In this document: one piece after another, positions 9,160 to 15,704 of the stretch
How the letters are laid out: each line of letters starts with the position of its first letter
Numbering within the stretch: position 1 is the first letter of the stretch
DNA from: Mycolicibacterium smegmatis
GTDB taxonomy: Bacteria; Actinomycetota; Actinomycetes; Mycobacteriales; Mycobacteriaceae
NCBI RefSeq assembly: GCF_001457595.1
Contig: NZ_LN831039.1
Span: forward strand, 540,001 to 572,000
Direction: 5' to 3'
DNA: 32,000 nt
Translations under genes and position numbers: made by a program
The notes under the pieces: generated by a model
Told to the model about the DNA's origin: nothing
Database searches by the model: none
The model's input: only the letters and a program-made list of their open reading frames with translations

Positions 9160-9327
9160 TCAGCGGCCGTTGCCGAAGACGGGCTGGACGGCGCCGACGG
9201 TGGCCTGCTGCTGTGTGCTGTGGACCCAGTCGTGGTGGGCGGAGTCCGCCTGTGCCGGTGCGGCCAGGGCGAAGATGGCGGCGGCGAAGCCGGTGGCGAT
9301 GGTGGTGGCGAATCCGAACTTCTTCAT
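9160..9327 (-). CDS. Small secreted peptide paralog 1 (55 aa; predicted 27-aa signal peptide plus 28-aa mature peptide)
   Basis: ATG 9327 to TGA 9160 encodes MKKFGFATTIATGFAAAIFALAAPAQADSAHHDWVHSTQQQATVGAVQPVFGNGR. It has an n-h-c signal with AQA, GAAAGG 8 nt upstream of the ATG, a hairpin after the stop, and a paralog at 9526-9693. It is below the ORF-track size cut-off. Confidence 0.7.
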   Translation of the reverse strand: MKKFGFATTIATGFAAAIFALAAPAQADSAHHDWVHSTQQQATVGAVQPVFGNGR

Positions 9328-9402
9328 GATTCGAGCCTTTCTGTGTCGGTGTTTCCTACCCGGTTGCCTGTCACAACGAGGCCAGGTGCTCGGTAATTTC
9401 CG

Positions 9403-9430
9403 CTGGCAGTGATTGACCGCCAGATGGCAG
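9403..9430. promoter_or_regulatory. Conserved direct-repeat motif upstream of peptide gene 1 (CTGGCAG-N14-ATGGCAG on + strand)
   Basis: The same motif with the same 21-bp period occurs at the same distance (~75-103 nt) upstream of both peptide genes. The intervening TGATTGACCGC is also conserved. Confidence 0.35.
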
Positions 9431-9482
9431 CAACTGGTCGCTGCGCTGTGACCGCGCTCTCAAAACCATTGGCAGAAACGAA

Positions 9483-9512
9483 AAGAGGGGCACCCGCATG
9501 GGTGCCCCTCTT
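9483..9512 (-). terminator. Hairpin downstream of small-peptide gene 2 (13-bp stem, 4-nt loop)
   Basis: aagaggggcaccc / gcat / gggtgcccctctt lies 13 nt after the stop at 9526. It is followed on the minus strand by UUCGUUUCU, a partial U-tract. Confidence 0.6.
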
Positions 9513-9525
9513 GTGTCGCTGTGTG

Positions 9526-9693
9526 TCAGCGGCCGTTGCCGAAGACCGGCTGGACGCTGCCGACGGTGGCGTGCTGCTGGGTGTTGTGGACCCAGTCGTG
9601 GTGGGAGATATCGGCCTGGGCCGGCGCGGCCAGTCCGAAGACGGCGGCGGGGAAACCGGTGGCGATGGCGCTTGCGAATCCGAACTTCTTCAT
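9526..9693 (-). CDS. Small secreted peptide paralog 2 (55 aa)
   Basis: ATG 9693 to TGA 9526 encodes MKKFGFASAIATGFPAAVFGLAAPAQADISHHDWVHNTQQHATVGSVQPVFGNGR. It has the same length, signal-peptide architecture, SD-like GAAAGG spacing and hairpin as paralog 1. Confidence 0.7.
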   Translation of the reverse strand: MKKFGFASAIATGFPAAVFGLAAPAQADISHHDWVHNTQQHATVGSVQPVFGNGR

Positions 9694-9767
9694 GGTCCGA
9701 ACCTTTCTGTGTCGGTGTTCCTACCCTGTTGACACCCACAACCGAGGCCCGCGCCGGCAAATTTCTG

Positions 9768-9795
9768 ATGGCAGTGATTGACCGCAGGATGGCAG
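9768..9795. promoter_or_regulatory. Conserved direct-repeat motif upstream of peptide gene 2 (ATGGCAG-N14-ATGGCAG on + strand)
   Basis: Paralogous to 9403-9430. It ends 5 nt before the reactivase stop codon. Confidence 0.35.
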
Positions 9796-9799
9796 CAAT

Positions 9800-11374
9800 T
9801 CACCGATCGACGGTCAGCGCCACCAGCCCATAGGCCACCGCGAACCGATGGCTCAGCCGGCCGCACACGTTGCCGCGCCCCACCGTGACATGGTGGCCGA
9901 GTTGCTCGCTGACCGCCCGCACGAGCTCGTCATCGCTCGCGCCGCCGCCCACGAGCAGCACCCCTGCGGCCCCGGGTGCCACCTGCGCGATGCCCCGCAT
10001 CACATTGGTGCCGATCACCAGGCGTTTTGCGGCATGCCGCCAACTGCGCCATTCCGCACCCGAGAGCCTCGACGTGAAGGGGAGCAGTCCACTGGGCGCG
10101 GTCGTCAGCAACCAGCCCGTGCACCGGCCGTCGATGGGCCGGTCGAGGAACCGCCGTCTGCCGTGTTCGTCCTCAACGAGTTGGGCGGTGACCGCGGTCA
10201 CCGCCTCGGCGCGTTTCGCGTACTCCGCGGCGCTCCGCGAGATCTCCAGCGCCGTGGCTGTCGCGGTGGTCAGCAACTGCCCGGCTCCGGGCAGCACGAC
10301 GCGGGCACCGTCGGCGACCACGTCGACGGTGCCGCCGCCGACATCCACCACGACGACATCGGGGGTGACCCCGGGCGTGGTGAGTGCGCCCACGCGCGCC
10401 GCGGCCGCCTCCGAGTCGACCCGCGTGACCGGGACCCCAACGGCCTCTGCGAGTGCATCGGCGTCGGCCGGTGGGTCGGCGTCACCGCCCATCGTGGCCA
10501 GCACAAGGTTGTCCACCACCACCGAGCCGCGGCGTGAGTTCGCCTGTGCGGCAATCTCAGTCAGATCCACGACATGGGTGCGGTCGGATTCTTCGGGGGC
10601 AGGGACGCCAGATGGAGACGAGGTTGCGTCGACGGCCGCGGAATCGCTCAGGCACACCACGGCACACGCGCTGTCGTAGAGCAGGTCCGCCACCACTCGG
10701 GCGTCGACGCGTTCGTCGCCGTCCAGCGTGAAGGTGTCGGTGAGCCAGAAGGGATCGGTCAGCCGCTGCAGCGGTGTCGGACCTTGGCGCACCTCGACGG
10801 CGACCAGCGTCGTCGACAGCACCTGCGGCACGTCGACGTCGTCGACCACGGGCACCGGCGCGCGCAACCGGTTGGACACGAGCACCGCTTCGTCGTTCTC
10901 GGTGAGCACGGCGACCACGTTCGTGCCCGCCTCGACAGCCGCGTTCACCAGGCCGGCGACGTCGCGGTAGCCCCACTGCCGGGTCGCGCACGCGACCACC
11001 GGGCGGTCCGGACCGGCGACGGCGAGCTGCTCGACCGGTACCGGCGTGCCGACGCCGGCGCCGTCACCAGCGGTGGTCGCCGCGGCCCGCGTGACGATGG
11101 CGAGTCGTCCGGTGCGGCGCGACTGCAGCAGAACGCGTTCCACCGTCGAGTGCACGGGTGGGGTCGGCGCGAACGCGGCCCGGTCGATCACCAGCCCGTG
11201 GGCGTCCGCGAGGCGGCGGGCCAGTTGCGCGGCCCCGTGAACGGCGCGAAGCGATCCCTTGCCGCCACGCGTGGGGGTGCGTGCACTCGCGAGCACGTCG
11301 AGTCCGGTGTCTCCTCCGCACAGCACGACCTCGGTGGTGGCGTTCCCGATGTCGACGCCCGCCCAGACGGTCAC
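9800..11374 (-). CDS. Diol/glycerol dehydratase reactivase large (alpha) subunit-like ATPase, 524 aa (GTG start)
   Basis: Aligns from memory with DdrA/PduG/GdrA: VDIGNATTEV (cf. IDIGNSSTEV), DEAVLVSNRLRAPVPVVDDV (cf. DDGVLVSNRLEKPLPIVDEV), GALTTPGVTPDVVVVDVGGGTVD, LLVGGGAS...VGRGNVCG. GTGA overlap with the upstream gamma subunit gene. Confidence 0.85.
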   Translation of the reverse strand: MTVWAGVDIGNATTEVVLCGGDTGLDVLASARTPTRGGKGSLRAVHGAAQLARRLADAHGLVIDRAAFAPTPPVHSTVERVLLQSRRTGRLAIVTRAAATTAGDGAGVGTPVPVEQLAVAGPDRPVVACATRQWGYRDVAGLVNAAVEAGTNVVAVLTENDEAVLVSNRLRAPVPVVDDVDVPQVLSTTLVAVEVRQGPTPLQRLTDPFWLTDTFTLDGDERVDARVVADLLYDSACAVVCLSDSAAVDATSSPSGVPAPEESDRTHVVDLTEIAAQANSRRGSVVVDNLVLATMGGDADPPADADALAEAVGVPVTRVDSEAAAARVGALTTPGVTPDVVVVDVGGGTVDVVADGARVVLPGAGQLLTTATATALEISRSAAEYAKRAEAVTAVTAQLVEDEHGRRRFLDRPIDGRCTGWLLTTAPSGLLPFTSRLSGAEWRSWRHAAKRLVIGTNVMRGIAQVAPGAAGVLLVGGGASDDELVRAVSEQLGHHVTVGRGNVCGRLSHRFAVAYGLVALTVDR

Positions 11375-11730
11375 CGCAGCAGGCCGCGCCGCCGGTAGGC
11401 CGCGGCCGCCTCACGGACCAACTGGGCACACGTGTGCGCCTCCTGCGCGGCGAGGCGCTGTGCGAGCGCTTCGAGTTCGGAGAAGGTGGAGCGTCCCGGC
11501 CGCAGCGCCTCGTATGCCGCCAGCATGTCGTCAGAGCTCAGCGCGGTCAGTTCGGCCGCGCGCCGAAGATTGAGGCCCAGTTGCTCCGACCCGGTGCGTT
11601 CGGCGGCCTCGGCCTGGGAGATCAGGGTGTCCCGGCTGATCCGGATGTCGTCGAGGGTCAGGTCGCCGCCGCGGGCGGCCTCGACCGTCACCTCGTCGAT
11701 GCTGCGGCCGGAGTGTGAGGTGATGGTCAT
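11371..11730 (-). CDS. B12-dependent diol/glycerol dehydratase small (gamma) subunit, 119 aa
   Basis: ISRDTLISQAEAAERTG...NLRRAAELTALSSDDMLAAYEALRPGRST..EL resembles the PduE/DhaB3 core. ATGA overlap with the upstream gene. Confidence 0.85.
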   Translation of the reverse strand: MTITSHSGRSIDEVTVEAARGGDLTLDDIRISRDTLISQAEAAERTGSEQLGLNLRRAAELTALSSDDMLAAYEALRPGRSTFSELEALAQRLAAQEAHTCAQLVREAAAAYRRRGLLR

Positions 11731-13991
11731 CGGGTGATCTCCAGTTCGACGTTTCCGGTTTCGCGGCGCTCGGACTCCTCACGTTCGATGGCAACCATCG
11801 ACACCACCTTGGTGTGGTAGCGGGCGGTGATCGCCTCGTCGGTGTAGGCGTTGCGCATGGGTGACGGTGTCGCGCCTTTGGCGTGCCTGCCGGCGTTGAT
11901 ACCGATCAACCGGTACATCTCGGGCGTGATGAGCGGTGCGACGCTGAGCAATTCGAGGTTGGCCAGCGGCGGGAGATCACGACGGTGGATCAGCGTGGTG
12001 CCCTTGGCCTGCAGGCCCACCCCGATGCCGGAGCCGGAGAGCTGCGCCGCCGACTTGCCGATCGCACCGAGGTCGATGCTGTCGGTGATCCGCACCAGGC
12101 GCGGCACGCAGTGTTCTTCCTCCAGGCCGGCCAGGATCTGCTCAAGCACGTCGTAGATGGTCATCCCGGACAGAGTGCGAAACAGCTTGGTGCCGAACGC
12201 CGGTGACACCCCGATGACGACCTCGCGCGGATCCTCGCCGACCGTGGCGGCACCCAGAACCCTCAATCGGTCAGGTTGCGCGGAGGTGGCCTGCTCCTTG
12301 ACCAGGTCGGCCACCGATCGTGCCTGGCGCACGGCGTCGATCTGCGCCTGACGCTCCGGCGTCGGCCGGTATCCGGTTCCTGGGCCCCGGTAGTCGTTGG
12401 GATCGTGCAGCGCCGACAGCACATTCATCTCTTCGTCGAATATCGCGGCGGTCTGCAGGTAGTCACCGGTGACGCGGGCCCGGGCCATGCCGAGCACCCG
12501 GTCGGCGATGTGGGTGAACCCGGTCTCGGCGAGTGCGGACACGATGTCGAGCACCGTGAGCCCGGACTGGTCGATCATCCGGGCGGCGCTGAGCACCTTC
12601 ACCCCGTCGTCCTGCGGAAGGTCCTTCGAACCTTCGGCTCCCACAACGGCTTCCACGTGGTCGTCGTCGAAATCGGCCAGGCCGAGGTACTCGAACACCG
12701 CGCGGGTGGCCTCGGCAGCCTCGCGGCGCATCGACTCCAGGGTGGTCGGATCCACCGACCGCAGACCGCCGTCGACGCCCCAGTCGCGCTGCAGCACGAG
12801 GTAGTCGTCGAGGTCGGCGGCGTTGAAGTTGGACGGGCCGAACATGTTGTCGTAGGACACGACCGAGCCGAACCCGGAGAAGATGAAGTCCGAACCCGAC
12901 AGCAGTGTCGGCAACGTCCGGCTGGTGCGGCGCATGGTCGACTCGCTCATCAACGAGTCGTTGCCACTGCAGGATTCGAGCCCGCGCAGCATCACCATGA
13001 GGTTCTCGGCGTGGAGTTCCTTGACGCCGCCGGGTACGGACGCGGTGATCGCCGCCCCGTCGACGCCGCCGTTCTGCACGCCCTGGGCACCGATGCCCCT
13101 GGCCAGCGCCACGCAGCGGGCCTCCAGGTAGTTCATCGACTTGCCCTCGGCCTGTCCCATGAGCACCTCGGAGCCTGCGCCGCTGGACAACCGCATCTTG
13201 ATTCCGCGCGAGGCGTAGCACGAGGTGAGGAACGCCTTGGACCACGGCGTGTCGTCGCCATCGGTGAAGACCTGCTCGGTGCCGTAGACCGACACCGTCT
13301 CGGCGTACGAGACCAGGCCGCGCACACCCAGTTCCAGTTCGCGAGCCTCCTCCACGGAGCACTGCGTCAGCGCGCCGGGGGCGGGCACCTGCGAGCCGAT
13401 CAACAGGCCGACGGCGACCGCAGGGGCGTCGTCCAGCACGGGCACGGTGGCCTCGAGTTCGCGGAAGCCGTACACCACCGCGGTGGCGGCGTCGGCCGCG
13501 ATCAGCAGTGGGTCGTCGAGGCGGTTGGTGACGTGGGCCTGGTTGGCGGGCGTGCGCCGGGCACGCATCTTCATCATCGCCATCTGGATCTCGACGGGCT
13601 GCAGGCTCGCGACGACGCGGGCCATCTTGGCAGGGGTCAGCCCCGAGCACACCCGCAGGATCTCCTCACGCGGCCGGCCCGGGTCCACGATCATCCGGGC
13701 CAGGTCCAGGTCGGTCATCGCCATCGAACGCGGCGCCTGCTCGTGGTCGATGGCGTATTTCACGATGAACTCGTCGATCGTGTCGAAGTCTTCGGCCGGT
13801 TTCGAGTCCATCTCCAGCACCGTGCCGTCGTCGGCCACCACCCAGGACGGCTCCGGGTCGTTGGGCGAGAGATGCGAGATCATCCCGAGTTCGGCGTCCA
13901 CGTCGGCGAACCCGTCGAGATTGACGCGCTGCCGATCCAGCAGACGGATGCGTCCCAACCTGCTGTCGACCTCGGTGCTGTTCAGGTGCAT
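11727..13991 (-). CDS. B12-dependent diol/glycerol dehydratase, fused large (alpha, ~res 1-565) and medium (beta core, ~res 589-754) subunits, 754 aa
   Basis: The alpha part matches PduC/DhaB1 throughout (SPNDPEPS, KMRARRTPANQAHVTN, VYGTEQVFTDGDDTPWSKAFL, EGKSMNYLEARC, YDNMFGPSN). The C-terminal EVVIGVSPAFG...LSGSGIGVGLQAKGTTLIHRRDLPPLANLEL matches the PduD/DhaB2 core. Start set at ATG 13991 (MHLNSTEV...). The 165-codon upstream extension in the track is rejected. Confidence 0.9.
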   Translation of the reverse strand: MHLNSTEVDSRLGRIRLLDRQRVNLDGFADVDAELGMISHLSPNDPEPSWVVADDGTVLEMDSKPAEDFDTIDEFIVKYAIDHEQAPRSMAMTDLDLARMIVDPGRPREEILRVCSGLTPAKMARVVASLQPVEIQMAMMKMRARRTPANQAHVTNRLDDPLLIAADAATAVVYGFRELEATVPVLDDAPAVAVGLLIGSQVPAPGALTQCSVEEARELELGVRGLVSYAETVSVYGTEQVFTDGDDTPWSKAFLTSCYASRGIKMRLSSGAGSEVLMGQAEGKSMNYLEARCVALARGIGAQGVQNGGVDGAAITASVPGGVKELHAENLMVMLRGLESCSGNDSLMSESTMRRTSRTLPTLLSGSDFIFSGFGSVVSYDNMFGPSNFNAADLDDYLVLQRDWGVDGGLRSVDPTTLESMRREAAEATRAVFEYLGLADFDDDHVEAVVGAEGSKDLPQDDGVKVLSAARMIDQSGLTVLDIVSALAETGFTHIADRVLGMARARVTGDYLQTAAIFDEEMNVLSALHDPNDYRGPGTGYRPTPERQAQIDAVRQARSVADLVKEQATSAQPDRLRVLGAATVGEDPREVVIGVSPAFGTKLFRTLSGMTIYDVLEQILAGLEEEHCVPRLVRITDSIDLGAIGKSAAQLSGSGIGVGLQAKGTTLIHRRDLPPLANLELLSVAPLITPEMYRLIGINAGRHAKGATPSPMRNAYTDEAITARYHTKVVSMVAIEREESERRETGNVELEITR

Positions 13992-14076
13992 GGCAACTGC
14001 CGTACCTCTCTTGTTGCGTGACCGAGCCAGCATCGACGGGAACACGCGCCTCCGACAATGGCGGGCGGGCAGCTTC

Positions 14077-14089
14077 CAACAACCTGTTG
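14077..14089. promoter_or_regulatory. Palindrome CAACA-acc-TGTTG, candidate operator 1 in divergent promoter
   Basis: The exact same 5+5 palindrome recurs 52 bp downstream. Both lie between the dehydratase and permease starts. Confidence 0.35.
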
Positions 14090-14128
14090 AGCGGCCGTCC
14101 GGGCGGGCCGGTTCGGTCGCGACATCTT

Positions 14129-14141
14129 CAACAAGATGTTG
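14129..14141. promoter_or_regulatory. Palindrome CAACA-aga-TGTTG, candidate operator 2
   Basis: See 14077-14089. The flanks are also similar (TTCCAACA / TTCAACA). Confidence 0.35.
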
Positions 14142-14247
14142 GAAACCGGCGTTCTCCTCTGGCCGCAGCGGCGTTTCTTCTCGCAAGATTTCCCGGAATC
14201 TGACGGGGCCGCCGATCGCGGTCCCGCTGGCACAGGAGGACCAACCC

Positions 14248-15675
14248 ATGTCTGAGGTCGTCGACGACCGGCCCGGAAGCGATGCGCCGCCGGGTAGCGA
14301 GAAACTTCGCGGGAATCTCGGTATCCCCGCCATCGTCCTGATGGTCGTGGCGGCCGCGGCGCCGCTGTCGACCATCGGCGGCAACGTGCCGATCGGTATG
14401 GCGCTGGGCGACACCACCGGCATCCCGGTCGCGTTCGTCGTCGCGGGCGTGATCTTCCTGCTCTTCTCGGCGAGCTTCGTGGCCATGTCGAAGTACGTGA
14501 CCGATGCCGGCGCCTTCTACGCCTACATCCAGCGCGGTCTCGGGCGGGCCGCCGGCACCGGCGCGGCTGTGCTCGCACTGCCGGCCTACATGTGCACGTT
14601 GCTCGGCGTCTCGGCGTACGACGGTGTGATTCTCGGCGGTCTGATCGAGCGTTTCGGCGGGCCGCAGATCCCGTGGTGGATCCTGACTGCACTCGTGCTC
14701 GCGGCCGTCGCGTGGCTCGGCTACCGCGACATCGACCTGAGCGCGAAGGTGCTCGGCGTCTTCCTGGTCTCCGAAGTGGCGATCCTGGTGGTTCTCGACC
14801 TGGTCATCGTCCTGCGTGGCGGCGAGCAGGGCATCACCGGTGACTCCTTCACCCCGCAGGGTCTCGCCGGTGGCGTCGGTATCGCCCTGCTGTACGCGCT
14901 GTGGGGCTTTGTCGGTGTCGAGGCGACGTCGGTGTTCCGGGACGAGGCCAAGGACCCCGACCGCACCGTGCCCCGCGCGACCTACTGGGCCGTCGGCATC
15001 GTCGCCAGCTTCTACGCCTTTTCGAGTTGGGCCCTCATCGAGGGCAACGGCGGCCACGACGCCATCCAGGTGGCCAAGGACGACCCAGACAACTTCATGG
15101 TGAACACCGCTCAGCAATACCTCGGCATGCTGGGCCGCGACCTCACCACGCTCTTCTGGTTCGTCAGTGTGTTCGCCTGCGCCCTGGCCTTCCACAACAT
15201 CACCGCGCGGTACGCGTTCGTCCTGGGGCAGAACAACGTCTTCCCCAAGCAACTCGGCAAGGTCCACCACCGCTTCGGCGCCCCGTCCAACGCGTCGTTG
15301 GCGGTCACCGTGGCGTCCTTCGTGATCATGGCCTTCCTGGCCGGGCTGGGTCTGGACCCGGTTCTGCAGATCTTCGGTCCGCTCGGCGGCGTGGGTGTTC
15401 TCGCGCTGGCCATCCTGTGGCTGCTGACGACGATCTCTGTGGTCATCTTCTTCCGCCGTCGCGGCGGCGCGACCCGCATCGTCGTGCTGGCCTCGGCCGC
15501 CACGCTCGCGCTGGGCGCGGGCCTGGTGCTGATCGTGTCGAACCTCCCTCTGGTGGTCGGTGGTAGCCCGACTCTCGCCGTGATCCTCGGCATCGCGCCT
15601 GTGGTGGTGTTCGGCATCGGTATGGTGCTGAGCCGACGGGCCACGGGAACGCTTTCCGAAGCGAAATCCGAGTAG
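14248..15675 (+). CDS. APC-superfamily amino acid/amine permease, 475 aa
   Basis: ATG at 14248 is preceded by AGGAGGA. The protein is a ~12-TM hydrophobic protein with an APC-like N-terminal region (GIPAIVLMVVAAAAPLSTIGG...). The track ORF from 13447 is an upstream extension. Confidence 0.85.
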   Translation: MSEVVDDRPGSDAPPGSEKLRGNLGIPAIVLMVVAAAAPLSTIGGNVPIGMALGDTTGIPVAFVVAGVIFLLFSASFVAMSKYVTDAGAFYAYIQRGLGRAAGTGAAVLALPAYMCTLLGVSAYDGVILGGLIERFGGPQIPWWILTALVLAAVAWLGYRDIDLSAKVLGVFLVSEVAILVVLDLVIVLRGGEQGITGDSFTPQGLAGGVGIALLYALWGFVGVEATSVFRDEAKDPDRTVPRATYWAVGIVASFYAFSSWALIEGNGGHDAIQVAKDDPDNFMVNTAQQYLGMLGRDLTTLFWFVSVFACALAFHNITARYAFVLGQNNVFPKQLGKVHHRFGAPSNASLAVTVASFVIMAFLAGLGLDPVLQIFGPLGGVGVLALAILWLLTTISVVIFFRRRGGATRIVVLASAATLALGAGLVLIVSNLPLVVGGSPTLAVILGIAPVVVFGIGMVLSRRATGTLSEAKSE

Positions 15676-15704
15676 AACGAGCGGACCGCTCGCAAATCGC
15701 CGCA

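Larger units (their letters stand above)
9108..9433. repeat. Tandem duplication, copy 1 (hairpin + peptide gene + ~105 bp conserved upstream region)
   Basis: Aligns by eye with 9476-9799. The coding part differs at 21 of 168 nt. Homology starts at AACGAGAAGAGGGG and ends at GATGGCAGCAAC. Confidence 0.85.
9476..9799. repeat. Tandem duplication, copy 2
   Basis: See copy 1. A 42-bp non-homologous spacer (9434-9475) separates the copies. Copy 2 abuts the reactivase stop codon at 9800. Confidence 0.85.

Noticed and set aside
9404-9418. Sigma-54-like TGGCAG-N4-TTGA on the + strand (also at 9769-9783).
   Set aside because: The spacing is one base short of the TGGCAC-N5-TTGC consensus, it points away from the peptide genes, and RpoN is not expected in actinobacteria.
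9160-9693. Interpretation of the small peptides as RiPP or bacteriocin precursors, or as carrying an ATCUN (N-terminal X-X-His) Cu/Ni site.
   Set aside because: No modification enzyme, protease or dedicated exporter is adjacent, and the leader is an ordinary Sec signal rather than a RiPP leader. The first His of the predicted mature peptide is at position 4, not 3, so the canonical ATCUN rule is not met.
9170-9781. + strand ORFs 9170-9412 (80 aa) and 9521-9781 (86 aa), antisense to the small-peptide genes.
   Set aside because: They start and end at non-equivalent points of the duplicated unit. They run through the conserved leader and diverge there. They are Cys/Trp-rich and lack an SD. The minus-strand reading gives two equal-length ORFs with canonical signal peptides, SD spacing and hairpins. 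The wobble-position argument alone cannot exclude them, so this remains a residual alternative.
9108-9799. Tandem repeat as a mobile element, MITE or CRISPR-like array.
   Set aside because: There are only two copies of about 325 bp with coding potential, no terminal inverted repeats or target-site duplications, no short regular spacers, and no transposase or cas genes.
12276-14021. Long + strand ORF (581 aa) antisense to the dehydratase. Similar long antisense ORFs occur at 14128-15705 (-), 15443-16822 (-), 17734-19317 (+), 24091-25212 (-), 26149-27480 (-), 28412-29626 (-) and 30541-31929 (-).
   Set aside because: Each lies opposite a gene with strong, collinear family motifs. Their translations are Arg/Gly/His/Pro-rich and low in complexity, with no recognisable motifs. 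High GC content suppresses stop codons in antisense frames.
13447-14247. Upstream extensions of real genes in the track: 13447-14247 (permease). Likewise 20446-20934 (SBP), 6276-6557 (hydratase), 22832-23260 (permease 2), 27030-27509 (agaS), 4265-4465 and 5157-5489 (NitT/TauT permease and ATPase), and 19779-19895 (DeoR).
   Set aside because: They overlap upstream genes in another frame and lack family similarity. In each case an internal ATG or GTG with an SD-like element or a 4-nt stop-start overlap gives a protein of canonical length.
13992-14247. Cobalamin riboswitch upstream of the B12-dependent dehydratase or the permease. The 9694-9799 and 5157-5388 regions were also checked.
   Set aside because: I could not find a B12-box-like element or the extended conserved core by eye. 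A covariance-model scan (Rfam cobalamin models) would be decisive.
13992-14486. 165-codon N-terminal extension of the dehydratase ORF in the track (start 14486).
   Set aside because: The extension has no similarity to PduC/DhaB1, is Pro/Ser/Arg-rich, and overlaps the divergent permease gene and its SD. Homology to the large subunit begins right after ATG 13991.
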